From an uncultured Candidatus Peribacteria bacterium (GTDB lineage: Bacteria; Patescibacteriota; Gracilibacteria; UBA1369; UBA12473): 56,531 nucleotides of DNA. The position numbers and the translations under genes are program-made. Below, piece after piece: positions 7,762-17,037 of the stretch; the first letter of the stretch is position 1; every line of letters begins with the position of its first letter. Under the pieces are notes generated by a model. That model ran no database searches and was not told where the DNA came from. It saw nothing but the letters and a program-made list of their open reading frames with translations. The DNA lies in contig CAYTES010000003.1 in the NCBI GenBank assembly GCA_964436935.1, positions 1-56,531 on the forward strand, written 5' to 3'.

Positions 7762-9780
7762 ACTTTCTCCTCCAGGAATCGGAATATCTTGAATAAGATC
7801 TTGGTCATAATTCATGGTGTTCAAAGGGGAAGATTCCGGCAAAGGATATGCCGATTCTTTCAAGATCAAAACCTCAACACGATCATCCCAATAAAAAGCT
7901 TCCAACGTATTGATCAAATCCATGACTTCAATACTCGGTTGAACATTCTTCTTTAAACGACTCAAAATCTGGAGCTGAAGCGCTTCGTCATCCTTTGCCT
8001 CCTTTAAAAAGGTGGCAAGATGCAACACGGCACGATCTTTCAAATTCAACACCAGTGTATTGAGCTGAAAAAGAGTGTCCGTCTCCAAAGACTCAAGCTG
8101 TTGCTTCATGGCTTCATTGTTTTGAATTTCAGCTTGAATCAACTTTAAAACTTGAAGGTCCTTTAGCTTTTGATCCAAAATCAAAAGCACAAATTCTTCC
8201 CGCTGCTCAGGATTCAAATGGGGAAGGGCTTCAATAACGGCATTGAACTCCACTTGGTAGTCTTCAAAAGATTTTTGTGCGAGATCGTAAGCGCCAATTT
8301 GGATCAAATCCAATGCAACCTCCAATTGATTCGAGGCATTTTGCAATTGAAGAAGCCCTTTTGTTTTATCGTCCTTGGCTAAAACAAGAAAAGTTTTATC
8401 TAAAAATTCGCGAAGCGGATGAAAGGTTTCGGCGGAAAGACCTTCCAGAAGTTTTCGATTCTCTTCAAGGACGGCATAAGCTTCTTCCGAACTCAATTCC
8501 GCAAAATCAAATAAAAGCGACTGATAATCCTCAAGCGATTCCTGTGCATGGGATAACTCTCCTCGGGCAATCAATTCGGCGGCTTCTGAAAAACGATTCT
8601 TTAAAACGACAAAAGATAAATCTTTTCGGGATTGATCATCATAAGTGAATAAAAAACGAACTTCTTCCTTCCCCCGTTTTGCAAAATACAATAATTCCCC
8701 GGGCAAAGTCCCCGCATTTTGTGCTAAATTTTGCTCATAATAATCCGCCAATTCTTGAAGATGATTTTGATCGTTCACAAGATTGGTTTGAACCCAAACA
8801 TCCGAAATACTCAAGACATCAAAATCACGAATCGGTTCCACTAAAAAAGTCGCATGTGCCTCATCAATCAACATGGATAAAGGAGGCCCGAGTCTTCCTT
8901 CACGATTCACCCCATCCTGAACCACATTAAAATCAACCAAATAATCAAACACACGAACTTCTTTTCCCTGATCGAAAGCAAAAACATCAAACGTGGCTTG
9001 ATGATCAACGGAAAAAACATCCTTTTCGGAAAAAACCGTATAGCTTGAATCGGGAAAAAGATTCACCACTTGGGACCACAGCCGCCCCCTCTCCAATTCC
9101 AAAGAAATGGAGGTTCGGAAAAGATTGGAAGGATCGGACCAAAGTTGAATCAATCGCAGCGATGAATCGGGCCCCAACGTAGCCTGCGAATCATCAACAA
9201 AAGAAACCGTAACCACACCATCTCCCTCCGTAAAAACGCGGTCCCCTTCCTCAAGACGATGGGAAGCGACATCTGTAACGGGGGAAATTACCCCTTCACG
9301 CTCAATAAAAACCGATCCGGAAAAATGATCGATGATAGTCATTTTAGATGCGGAAACCTGGGGCAGAGGGAAAAAACTTCCGACCAAAATAACCACCAAG
9401 ATCACAGGCAATAAAAAGGTTGCGAAAAAGCGACGATTCGGTGAGAAAATAGAAAAAATATCATACAGGTTCACCCGTTGCAATCGAAGTCTAAGCTTAT
9501 CCCATCCCGTTTCATGCCGTTGAAAGGAAAAAGCCTTCGTGGGTTTAACATCCAATATCAATTTTTCCAGTTGCGCCTCCAAAGAGTTGAACTCAATCGT
9601 TTCGGTTGAAATCAAATTTTCAATATGATGAAAAACACGCGACTTCAATTTACTCTTCTCTTTCAAAGAAATACCCTGCTTCTCGGAAGCAATATCCATC
9701 AATTGCTTCTCAAGCTGATCCAATCGACTGTAGTGATAAATCCAATTCCGCATAACCTTTACAACGTTAAAATAAATCAA
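7756..9780 (-). CDS. anti-sigma factor-like membrane protein with FecR domain and long helical C-terminal domain
   Basis: ATGA start/stop overlap with the upstream ECF sigma gene. Single TM near residue 125. FecR-like segment GSVFIEREGV...LEEGDRVFTEGDGVVTVSFVDDSQATLGPDSSLRL. Confidence 0.7.
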   Translation of the reverse strand: MIYFNVVKVMRNWIYHYSRLDQLEKQLMDIASEKQGISLKEKSKLKSRVFHHIENLISTETIEFNSLEAQLEKLILDVKPTKAFSFQRHETGWDKLRLRLQRVNLYDIFSIFSPNRRFFATFLLPVILVVILVGSFFPLPQVSASKMTIIDHFSGSVFIEREGVISPVTDVASHRLEEGDRVFTEGDGVVTVSFVDDSQATLGPDSSLRLIQLWSDPSNLFRTSISLELERGRLWSQVVNLFPDSSYTVFSEKDVFSVDHQATFDVFAFDQGKEVRVFDYLVDFNVVQDGVNREGRLGPPLSMLIDEAHATFLVEPIRDFDVLSISDVWVQTNLVNDQNHLQELADYYEQNLAQNAGTLPGELLYFAKRGKEEVRFLFTYDDQSRKDLSFVVLKNRFSEAAELIARGELSHAQESLEDYQSLLFDFAELSSEEAYAVLEENRKLLEGLSAETFHPLREFLDKTFLVLAKDDKTKGLLQLQNASNQLEVALDLIQIGAYDLAQKSFEDYQVEFNAVIEALPHLNPEQREEFVLLILDQKLKDLQVLKLIQAEIQNNEAMKQQLESLETDTLFQLNTLVLNLKDRAVLHLATFLKEAKDDEALQLQILSRLKKNVQPSIEVMDLINTLEAFYWDDRVEVLILKESAYPLPESSPLNTMNYDQDLIQDIPIPGGESL

Positions 9781-10379
9781 TCATTACACTGAAGGCCTCG
9801 TTCTTCAAGAATAGAGCGTAATGCTCGGAGCGCGCGATACTGCAAAATTCGAATATTGGGAAGATTCCGCTGCAGAATGACAGCAATTTCCTGATGGCTG
9901 AAACCCAATATGTATTTAAAAACCAAAACCTGTTGATAGGAATCTTTCAATTGAGCCAATGCTTCTCGAAGGTATTTTTTATTCAAACGTTGACCGGCCC
10001 ATTCCATAGGATCATTTTCTAAGCGGTCCAAGCCGGCGGGAAGCTGTTCATTGAGCGAAATATGTTTGCGATGAAACCGATAATGATCCACCACTAAATT
10101 ATGCGCGATACGAAATAGCCAGGAAGAAAAAGGATGCTGTGTCGGACGATACTTATCAATATTTTCCCATACCCTCACAAAAACAGTCTCAACCACATCT
10201 TCCACTTCTTCACGATCAATCCGATAATAAACATACCGATAGATGGAATCGATGTAGATGTCATACAATTTTCCAAATGCTTCCATATCCCCCTCCTGGC
10301 AAGCCGAAACCAAAGCCTGAATCTGCGCTTGATCAACTTTACTCGACGATGATGATGAAAAGAGTGGAGAAGCGTCCAT
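9777..10379 (-). CDS. RNA polymerase sigma factor, ECF (sigma-24) family
   Basis: Region 2 is FSSWLFRIAHNLVVDHYR. The region 4 HTH is GFSHQEIAVILQRNLPNIRILQYRALRALR. Confidence 0.85.
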   Translation of the reverse strand: MDASPLFSSSSSSKVDQAQIQALVSACQEGDMEAFGKLYDIYIDSIYRYVYYRIDREEVEDVVETVFVRVWENIDKYRPTQHPFSSWLFRIAHNLVVDHYRFHRKHISLNEQLPAGLDRLENDPMEWAGQRLNKKYLREALAQLKDSYQQVLVFKYILGFSHQEIAVILQRNLPNIRILQYRALRALRSILEERGLQCND

Positions 10380-10457
10380 AGATTTGAGCCCCTATTCTAA
10401 CACAAATTATAATAAAGGAACCCCTAAAACCTAGGTTCTCTGCAACAGGACTATTAT

Positions 10458-11366
10458 TTATTGATTCAACATTTTCTCGCATCGAAGCACCTCATCCACC
10501 GAACCGATATAGATCGGCGTGCATTGATCAAAAGATTCAATCAACTGATCCAAAATGGGTTGTTTTCCATTCGAAGCGGCCCCACCGGCCTGCTCCACAA
10601 GATAAGCCATGGGAGCGCATTCAAAAAGCAACCTTAATTTCCCTCGAGGAGCATGAGAATAACCGGGATAAGAAAAAATCCCTTTCCCTTTGATTAAGAT
10701 CTGATTAAGGTCCGGAACCATCCCTCCGGAATAACGAAGCGTATACCCTTCCTTCATCCACCAATTCACCAATTCAAGATAATCCGGCCGATCATAACTG
10801 GCCCGGAGATTGCCCGGGGAAAACATTTTACCCTCTCCGATCTTTAAATGAGATTTTGAAAGGCGCCATTCATCATCGGGAAAAAGACGGTACTCATGAG
10901 TTCCCTCCCCACGAGAAAGCACCAAGGTGGTACGGGGACCATACACACCAAAACCGGCCGCCACCATTTCGCGGGGAGTACGCCCGATCAAATTTTGAGT
11001 GGCATAAATGCCGAAAATAGTTCCCACCGATAAATTAACATCCACCAAAGAAGAACCGTCCAGCGGATCGTAACAAACCGTATAGGGGCCATCCCCGATA
11101 ATGTGGACCTCATCCAGCTCTTCGGAAATAACTTGAGAAACCAAACGGGTAGAGGTCAATTTTTCTCGAATGATCTGATCCGCCAATACATCCAATGCCA
11201 ATTGATCTTCACCAAAAATATTCTTGGTCCCGGCTTTACCCACTTCCGCAGTATGAATATGCGCCGCAATGGAATGAATGGCATCAGCCAAAGCTTCAAG
11301 CACTAAACCTAAATTGCCTTCAAAATCATTCATAGGGAACGGTGCTTTAAATAAATCAAATCCCAC
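10458..11366 (-). CDS. fbp: fructose-1,6-bisphosphatase class 1
   Basis: GEDQLALDVLAD, DPLDGSSLVD and the signature GKLRLLFECAPMA. An alternative start at 11333 (MNDFEG...) would remove the overlap with gap. Confidence 0.85.
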   Translation of the reverse strand: MGFDLFKAPFPMNDFEGNLGLVLEALADAIHSIAAHIHTAEVGKAGTKNIFGEDQLALDVLADQIIREKLTSTRLVSQVISEELDEVHIIGDGPYTVCYDPLDGSSLVDVNLSVGTIFGIYATQNLIGRTPREMVAAGFGVYGPRTTLVLSRGEGTHEYRLFPDDEWRLSKSHLKIGEGKMFSPGNLRASYDRPDYLELVNWWMKEGYTLRYSGGMVPDLNQILIKGKGIFSYPGYSHAPRGKLRLLFECAPMAYLVEQAGGAASNGKQPILDQLIESFDQCTPIYIGSVDEVLRCEKMLNQ

Positions 11367-12363
11367 GTCCCATCCAACGAATCAGATCAAGAACGCGAGC
11401 CACATAGCCCCATTCATTGTCATACCAGACCACCAACTGAAGAAATTTACCATTCAATACTTTGGTGGAAAGCAAATCCACAATGGCGGACCGTGTATCC
11501 CCTTTATAATCAATGGAGACCAAAGGCTCATCGGATGTGCCTAAGATCGCATTCATTCCCTCACCCTCCACCTTCAAAAAAAGCTCATTCACTTCATCCA
11601 CAGTCACCTCCCGTTTTAAAATCACGGTCATATCCAAAACGGAAACTGAAGGGATGGGAACCCGAAACGCCATTCCATCCACCTTTCCTTTAAGAGAGGG
11701 AATAACCTGGCTAATAGCGGTCATCGCCCCTGTAGTTGTCGGAATAATGGATTCGGTGGTGGCACGGGAACGACGAAAATCCTCAGTACTGGAATTATCC
11801 AACAAGTTTTGGGTATAAGTGAACGCATGGATCGTTGAAACCATCGCGGCATCCACTCCAAAATAGTGTTCCAACACTTTCATGGTGGGAGCCAGCGCAT
11901 TGGTGGTACAAGACGCATTGGAAATCACTTCAAAGTCAGCCGGATTAAATTCTTCATCATTCACCCCCATCACAATGGTACGCACCGCTTCGTCCTTACA
12001 AGGCGCGGTGATAAGCACCTTCTTGGCCCCTGCTTCCAAATGAGGCAAAACTTGAGCTCGGGTGGTAAACTTTCCCGTAGACTCGATCACAATATCCACG
12101 CCCAAGTCTTTCCACGGAGCGCGAGCCGGATCCGATTCCTGAAAAACCTGCACCACATTCCCGTTCACCTTTAAATCTTTCCCCTCCACCTCCACCAAAG
12201 CATCCAGAGTGCCATAAACGGAATCCCTTTTCAGAAGCAACGCATGAGAATGCGCATCCGCACGACTATTGATACCAACGACAACCACATCTTCACAAGC
12301 AAGCAACTGACGATGCAATGCGCGTCCAATACGACCATAACCATTAATGGCAATTCGAATCAT
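11356..12363 (-). CDS. gap: glyceraldehyde-3-phosphate dehydrogenase (paralog 1, in fba-gap-fbp operon)
   Basis: INGYGRIGR Rossmann motif, catalytic SNASCTTN, and WYDNEWGY. Confidence 0.9.
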   Translation of the reverse strand: MIRIAINGYGRIGRALHRQLLACEDVVVVGINSRADAHSHALLLKRDSVYGTLDALVEVEGKDLKVNGNVVQVFQESDPARAPWKDLGVDIVIESTGKFTTRAQVLPHLEAGAKKVLITAPCKDEAVRTIVMGVNDEEFNPADFEVISNASCTTNALAPTMKVLEHYFGVDAAMVSTIHAFTYTQNLLDNSSTEDFRRSRATTESIIPTTTGAMTAISQVIPSLKGKVDGMAFRVPIPSVSVLDMTVILKREVTVDEVNELFLKVEGEGMNAILGTSDEPLVSIDYKGDTRSAIVDLLSTKVLNGKFLQLVVWYDNEWGYVARVLDLIRWMGRGI

Positions 12364-12377
12364 AAAAAAATAACGTT

Positions 12378-13505
12378 TTAAAGTTGAAGAAAAGGCACGG
12401 TTTCTCGATAGTGGAGTGCCGTTTGATGGGAGCCAAACGCATGGGTCATCATGTGCATGATATGTTCCACCATCGCCTCAATGGAAGCGGTATGATCCAA
12501 CTGCTCGATATCCTCTTCAAACCATTTGAGAACTTTTCGAAGCGGCCGATTGGTGGCCTCGGCTTTTTCATTCATTTTATCCAAAAGCGGCTGAGGAAAA
12601 TGCTCAAACCAAATATTGGAAACCGAAGTGGCGTAATTGATTTTACGAGCTCCGGCTTCAATGATCTTTCGAAATTGATCGGGAGCAAGTCCACTCCCCC
12701 CATGCATAACGGGATAGGATTGATACTCTCGAATAGCCTCTGAAATTTCACGGAGTCGGTCATAACCAATACGAGGCTGCGCCTTATAAATCCCATGCTG
12801 ATTGCCTATAAAACAGGATGCACCGGTGGCTCCCGTGGAAACAATCAATTTCAAAATATCCTCAACCTTAGTGTAGTAGTTTTCAACATCCTGATAAATA
12901 TGATCCACATCGGTGGCTTCTACCGAGTGAACAAATCCTTCCTCAGCTTCGAGCGCAATTCCCAAAGGATAAATTTTGCGAATCACCTCCTGACATTTTG
13001 CAATATTCTCATCCAAAGAAAGTTTGCTCAAATCAATCAAAATCGAACTGAAACCGGCTTTGATGGAACGGTCCGTACATCCCACTACATCCTTTTGGAT
13101 ATGATCATGATGCAAACCGACAGGAACAGCATAGCCATATTTTTCAATCATTTCCTGGACAATCTCGTGAGAAACCGCCGCCAAACGATCGGTATCCATA
13201 CTGCAATATTCAATCTCACTTTCGGCAATCTCCAAAATAACGGGAGATTTCAATCTCCAAGCTGCCTCAAGCGTCGCACGAACAATCTGGGGAGAGCGTT
13301 GATTGATAGCGACAATTCCAAAACGATGCTGATCGGCAACCGTAAGCAAGGTTTTCAAATTAACCATATGGAAACCGGAAGGAAGGACCTTTAAATAAGG
13401 ATTATTCGAAGCATTCAATTCCGCCAACATAGGGATGGAATTATGGGGATGAGCCGAAAGCTCAGCCTGTGTTTTCATAAGATTATTCGTTAAGGAGTGC
13501 GTCAT
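12378..13505 (-). CDS. fba: class II fructose/ketose-bisphosphate aldolase
   Basis: VGLHHDH and VMHGGSG metal/phosphate-binding motifs. First gene of the operon on the minus strand. Confidence 0.8.
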   Translation of the reverse strand: MTHSLTNNLMKTQAELSAHPHNSIPMLAELNASNNPYLKVLPSGFHMVNLKTLLTVADQHRFGIVAINQRSPQIVRATLEAAWRLKSPVILEIAESEIEYCSMDTDRLAAVSHEIVQEMIEKYGYAVPVGLHHDHIQKDVVGCTDRSIKAGFSSILIDLSKLSLDENIAKCQEVIRKIYPLGIALEAEEGFVHSVEATDVDHIYQDVENYYTKVEDILKLIVSTGATGASCFIGNQHGIYKAQPRIGYDRLREISEAIREYQSYPVMHGGSGLAPDQFRKIIEAGARKINYATSVSNIWFEHFPQPLLDKMNEKAEATNRPLRKVLKWFEEDIEQLDHTASIEAMVEHIMHMMTHAFGSHQTALHYRETVPFLQL

Positions 13506-13629
13506 GATTTTAAATTTTTAAATTAAAAACAATTCCTTAAAAAGGATAAACGTAGAATACTGGCGGTCATAGAAAAAATCAACCAGCTTAAAGAGCAGAG
13601 GGTTTCTGTTAGGTGAACAGCTCCTAGAA

Positions 13630-13980
13630 TTATAGCGAAGGATTTTCAGCCAAACCCGTCAAACTATCCAAAAAATAAACCTGCTGTGGCTTAACCATGG
13701 TTTGAACCAGTTCACTTTCCTGAATGGAACCCAAGGAGCGGGCCTTCAAAATCAACATCGAATTGATTTCAAAATCTTCCACCAGTTGCTGGTTGTGATC
13801 TTCAAGTTCTTTAATCAAATAACCCTGAGTGGACATGGCATTCAACTGAATCAACGAAACGGTCCCCATAAGCAAAATAAGGGCCGCCATAAGAAAAACC
13901 CCCAAACGAAAGGGAATTCGAAATTGAATCAATTTGGGTTGAGAGGAGATTGGAGGGATAGAAGTAGAGGAAGGATTCAT
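13630..13980 (-). CDS. FtsL-like single-pass cell division protein
   Basis: Positioned directly downstream of rsmH as in dcw clusters. One TM helix followed by a coiled segment. There is no sequence-level signature. Confidence 0.45.
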   Translation of the reverse strand: MNPSSTSIPPISSQPKLIQFRIPFRLGVFLMAALILLMGTVSLIQLNAMSTQGYLIKELEDHNQQLVEDFEINSMLILKARSLGSIQESELVQTMVKPQQVYFLDSLTGLAENPSL

Positions 13981-14001
13981 GAATTTTTTAAACTTTAGAG
14001 G

Positions 14002-14946
14002 TCAAGAGGAAGCAAGTCTTTGAATAACTCGCAATTTGGCACTACGACTACGGGGATTGAAATGTTGTTCCGATTCGGAAGGAATAATGGGCTTTTTTGT
14101 CAAAAGACGAAACAAGGGGGTGGCACATTCGCAGCGAAGTACCTGAGGAGGACAAAAACAGTCGCGAACTGCCTCTTTAAAAATCTGCTTCACGATACGA
14201 TCTTCAAGCGAATGATAACTCATCACCGCCAGCCGCCCAGAAGGAGCCAAGAGCGATAAAAGCGAGGGTAAAGCCTCTTTCAAACGAGCCAATTCTTGAT
14301 TCACCTCAATACGGAGCGCTTGGAACAGCCGCGTGAGCAACCGGCGCCGATCCGAAAGGGACCGCATCAAAGGTTCCACAAGCTGAGCCAACTCCAATGT
14401 CGTTTTAAAAGGAGTGATCGCCCGTTGGTCCACAATGAGACGAGATAGTTTGGGGGCATAAGGTTCCTCGCCATATTCATAAAAAATCCGTCTCAAATCC
14501 TCATAGGAATAATGATTGACGACATCCGCCGCCGTGATTCCCTCGGAGCGATTGAACCGCATATCCAAGGGGGCATCGGCATGGAATGAAAATCCACGAG
14601 AAACATCGTCGACATGAGGCGAAGAAAGCCCTAAATCCAAAAGGATAGCATTGACGGAAGAAATTCCGATTTCCCGAAGCCGTTGATGACAATGAGCAAA
14701 GTTATCGTTAAAAAACACAACTTGCGGAGAAAAATCCTTAAGACGTTCTTGAGCAAGAGATAAATTGGCTTGATCAAGATCAAATCCAAAATAGCGACCC
14801 GTTGGACCAATCTGGGGAAGAATGGCATGCGCATGCCCTCCCAACCCCAAAGTTCCATCCACCACCACATCACCAGAGTGGAGGTCCAATAACGCGAGGA
14901 CTTCTTGTAAAAGAACGGGGTCGTGCTTAAGGCTTTTATTCTTCAT
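14002..14946 (-). CDS. rsmH: 16S rRNA (cytosine1402-N4)-methyltransferase
   Basis: HDPVLLQEVL, DGTLGLGGHA, APLDMRF and SYHSLEDRIVK. Confidence 0.9.
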   Translation of the reverse strand: MKNKSLKHDPVLLQEVLALLDLHSGDVVVDGTLGLGGHAHAILPQIGPTGRYFGFDLDQANLSLAQERLKDFSPQVVFFNDNFAHCHQRLREIGISSVNAILLDLGLSSPHVDDVSRGFSFHADAPLDMRFNRSEGITAADVVNHYSYEDLRRIFYEYGEEPYAPKLSRLIVDQRAITPFKTTLELAQLVEPLMRSLSDRRRLLTRLFQALRIEVNQELARLKEALPSLLSLLAPSGRLAVMSYHSLEDRIVKQIFKEAVRDCFCPPQVLRCECATPLFRLLTKKPIIPSESEQHFNPRSRSAKLRVIQRLASS

Positions 14947-15215
14947 TTATAAGATGCTGTGTTCAAAACTTGTGCACAATATGTGTATAATTTTTTTGAT
15001 CGCGATATTAACCCAATTTTTAGGCTTATCAAAAGGTATTGTCAATAAATAAATTCCGGAAAATCGATAAAAATAGGAAAAAAGGTATAACTTTTGTATA
15101 CAAAATAATGAATTTGAATCTATTAAATAACAAAAAAATAAAACCTAAAACACGAAATGCAAAAATTATTGCAAAGAAAAAATATATTTTATAAAAATAC
15201 AAAAACGCGAACGAA

Positions 15216-15836
15216 CTATGATTCCATTTCAACCCCCTCCCGACTCAAAAACTCAAAAACCGCCTCGTCCAAATCCCCGGAGCGCAAAAGATTTACGTTC
15301 TCATCATCAATTCGAATAATCGTAGAAGGCATTCTCACGGGAATATCCCCCGCATCCAAAATAAAATCCGGCTGCACGGAAATGTCCCGAACAGCGTACG
15401 GGGAAGATTTTCCGTGAAAATTAGCGCTGGTGGTTGTGACCGGGCCTCCCCAAGCCTGTAAAAGCGCGACAGAAAAAGGCTCATCAATACAACGAAGTCC
15501 AACAAAAGATTCATCGGAATTTAAGAAAAAAGGTAAAACCGATTTTCGAGGAAGAACAAGGGTCAATGCTCCGGGCCAAAATTGCTTGACCAAACGCAAT
15601 GCCAAATCAGAAAATTGGGCATACTTTTGAGCTTCTTTTAAAGAAGCGGTCAAAATACTAACCGGCTTGGAAAGATCCATCCCTTTGGTGTGATACAAAT
15701 GCAGCAACGCGGCAGGATTATGAATATCCACGGCAAGCCCATAGCAAGTATCCGTAGGATGAGCCACAATTCCCCCTTGTTTCAAAATAGAAACGGCTTG
15801 CTCAATTTGGGAAGAGGAGGGTTGCTTTTTATTCAT
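15216..15836 (-). CDS. tsaC: L-threonylcarbamoyladenylate synthase (YrdC/TsaC domain)
   Basis: GGIVAHPTDTCYGLAVD and the overall YrdC-fold length. Confidence 0.8.
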   Translation of the reverse strand: MNKKQPSSSQIEQAVSILKQGGIVAHPTDTCYGLAVDIHNPAALLHLYHTKGMDLSKPVSILTASLKEAQKYAQFSDLALRLVKQFWPGALTLVLPRKSVLPFFLNSDESFVGLRCIDEPFSVALLQAWGGPVTTTSANFHGKSSPYAVRDISVQPDFILDAGDIPVRMPSTIIRIDDENVNLLRSGDLDEAVFEFLSREGVEMES

Positions 15837-15986
15837 CGTTTAAAAATGATAACACAATAATCTAGAGAGGGTAAATTTGTTAATTTGAGCATTGAAGATT
15901 AAAACCAAGACACTTATACTCAAGGAACATTATTCTTGAAGCCCATCTCGGCTTCGTCATCTATCTCCCCTAACTCCCCCGCTCTT

Positions 15987-16994
15987 ATGAAGCCTCGTGT
16001 TGCCATCAATGGATTCGGTCGCATCGGACGAAATACCTTTCGTGCCAATCTTGAAAAAGATAGTTTCGAGGTCATTGCCATCAACGACCTCGGTGACGTC
16101 AACACCTTGGCTCATCTTCTGGAATACGATTCTCTCTACGGGAAAATAAATGGCACGGTGGAAGTATCAGGAAAGGACCTCGTGGTGAATGGAAAAAAAA
16201 TTCATGTCTATTCGGAAAAAAATCCGGCCGACTTACCCTGGAAAAATCAACAAATTGATGTCGTTTTGGAATGCACCGGCTTTTTCACCGACAGAAAAGA
16301 CGCACAAAAACATCTCGATGCAGGCGCTAAAAAAGTAATCGTGAGTGCACCGGGAAAAGAAATGGATCTCACGGTGGTCTTAGGAGTCAACGAGGACAAC
16401 TATGAAGGATCAAAACATCACATTCTCTCAAACGCCTCCTGTACCACCAACTGCTTGGCACCTGTTGCAAAAGTGCTGCATGAAAATTTCAATATCCTCA
16501 AAGGATTGATGACCACCGCTCATTCTTACACCAATGACCAACGCATCCTGGACCTGCCGCACGAAGATCTCCGCCGTGCCCGAGCCGCCAACCTTTCGAT
16601 GATTCCAACCACAACCGGTGCGGCAAAAGCCGTTGGCCTGGTGTTACCCGAACTAGAAGGCAAACTCAATGGAATGGCGATCCGAATTCCCACCCCCACG
16701 GTTTCCATCATAGATTTGGTCGTTGATGTCGAGAAATCCACCACCAAAGAAGAGGTCAATGCCTTAGTCAAAGCCGCCTCCGAAGGTGCGATGAAAGGCT
16801 ACCTCGACTACAGCGAAAAACCCCTCGTCTCGATCGACTACCGCGGAGACGCGCACTCCTCCATCGTGGATGGACTTTCCACCATGGTCATTGGAGGCAC
16901 GATGATCAAAATCATCGCCTGGTACGACAATGAATGGGGCTATTCCAACCGCTTGGTGGATTTGGTGGGGTACATGTCTAATAAAGGACTTTAG
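15987..16994 (+). CDS. gap: glyceraldehyde-3-phosphate dehydrogenase (paralog 2, monocistronic)
   Basis: MKPRVAINGFGRIGRN, SNASCTTNCLAP and WYDNEWGYS. The start is placed at the internal ATG (15987) because the 17 upstream residues of the tracked ORF are not GAPDH-like. Confidence 0.9.
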   Translation: MKPRVAINGFGRIGRNTFRANLEKDSFEVIAINDLGDVNTLAHLLEYDSLYGKINGTVEVSGKDLVVNGKKIHVYSEKNPADLPWKNQQIDVVLECTGFFTDRKDAQKHLDAGAKKVIVSAPGKEMDLTVVLGVNEDNYEGSKHHILSNASCTTNCLAPVAKVLHENFNILKGLMTTAHSYTNDQRILDLPHEDLRRARAANLSMIPTTTGAAKAVGLVLPELEGKLNGMAIRIPTPTVSIIDLVVDVEKSTTKEEVNALVKAASEGAMKGYLDYSEKPLVSIDYRGDAHSSIVDGLSTMVIGGTMIKIIAWYDNEWGYSNRLVDLVGYMSNKGL

Positions 16995-17037
16995 ACCTAA
17001 AAAATCTAACCCAATCTCTCCCTCAACAGTTCCTCAT

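Noticed and set aside
14947-15215. The 270-nt extremely AT-rich spacer upstream of rsmH, considered as a possible origin or missing mraZ.
   Set aside because: I could find no DnaA-box-like repeats (TTATCCACA), and there is no ORF. It is most simply promoter/terminator DNA between tsaC and rsmH.
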